Part shown: in pieces, positions 63,901 through 64,000 of the stretch
Layout: the number at the start of each line of letters is the position of its first letter
How positions within the stretch are numbered: position 1 is the stretch's first letter
DNA from: Balanoglossus misakiensis
Lineage: Eukaryota > Animalia > Hemichordata
Assembly: GCA_040954595.2 (NCBI GenBank)
Contig: CM082587.2
Location: 11,041,403-11,105,402 of the forward strand
Direction of reading: 5' to 3'
DNA length: 64,000 nt
Made by a program: the position numbers and the translations under genes
Notes under the pieces: generated by a model
The model's input: the letters and a program-made list of their open reading frames with translations, nothing else
What the model was told of the DNA's origin: nothing
Databases searched by the model: none

Positions 63901-64000
63901 GCAAAGTCAGATTACACATTGAGATATTAGAATGGAAGTACATTCCAAGTGACTTGTTGGGAGCATTGGGCCACCTAATCCCAGAAAATTGCAATAAGAC

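Overview
Repeat-saturated eukaryotic DNA, most likely from a marine invertebrate (inferred from the element repertoire; not provable here). No intact host protein-coding gene is visible. The window is mostly nested, decayed mobile elements and tandem arrays. (1) A 3.9-kb foldback element (4128-8022; TATGG..CCATA ends, 6-bp TSD, IS3EU-like) sits inside one arm of a ~10-kb inverted repeat. (2) A ~9.1-kb satellite of 74-87-bp units with higher-order structure spans 15410-24495. (3) A spliced transposon-accessory pseudogene is interrupted by an L2 3' end. (4) A 3'-truncated Ty3/Gypsy element retains its 5' LTR, tRNA-Leu PBS, gag, a -1 frameshift signal and the protease. (5) A ~2-kb tandem repeat carries Crypton-like and 8-bp-TSD insertions. 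(6) A Penelope-like element has an inverted pLTR containing a hammerhead ribozyme with a compensatory G3-C8 core. (7) A Tx1/L1 (Keno-like) element is fused to the first 29 nt of a U2 snRNA gene. (8) The rest holds several MITEs, tandem duplications and a decayed L1/Tx1 ORF2. The most interesting block is the U2 / Keno-like / hammerhead-Penelope nest at 44.7-47.9 kb. All alignments were done by eye, so family assignments need database confirmation.
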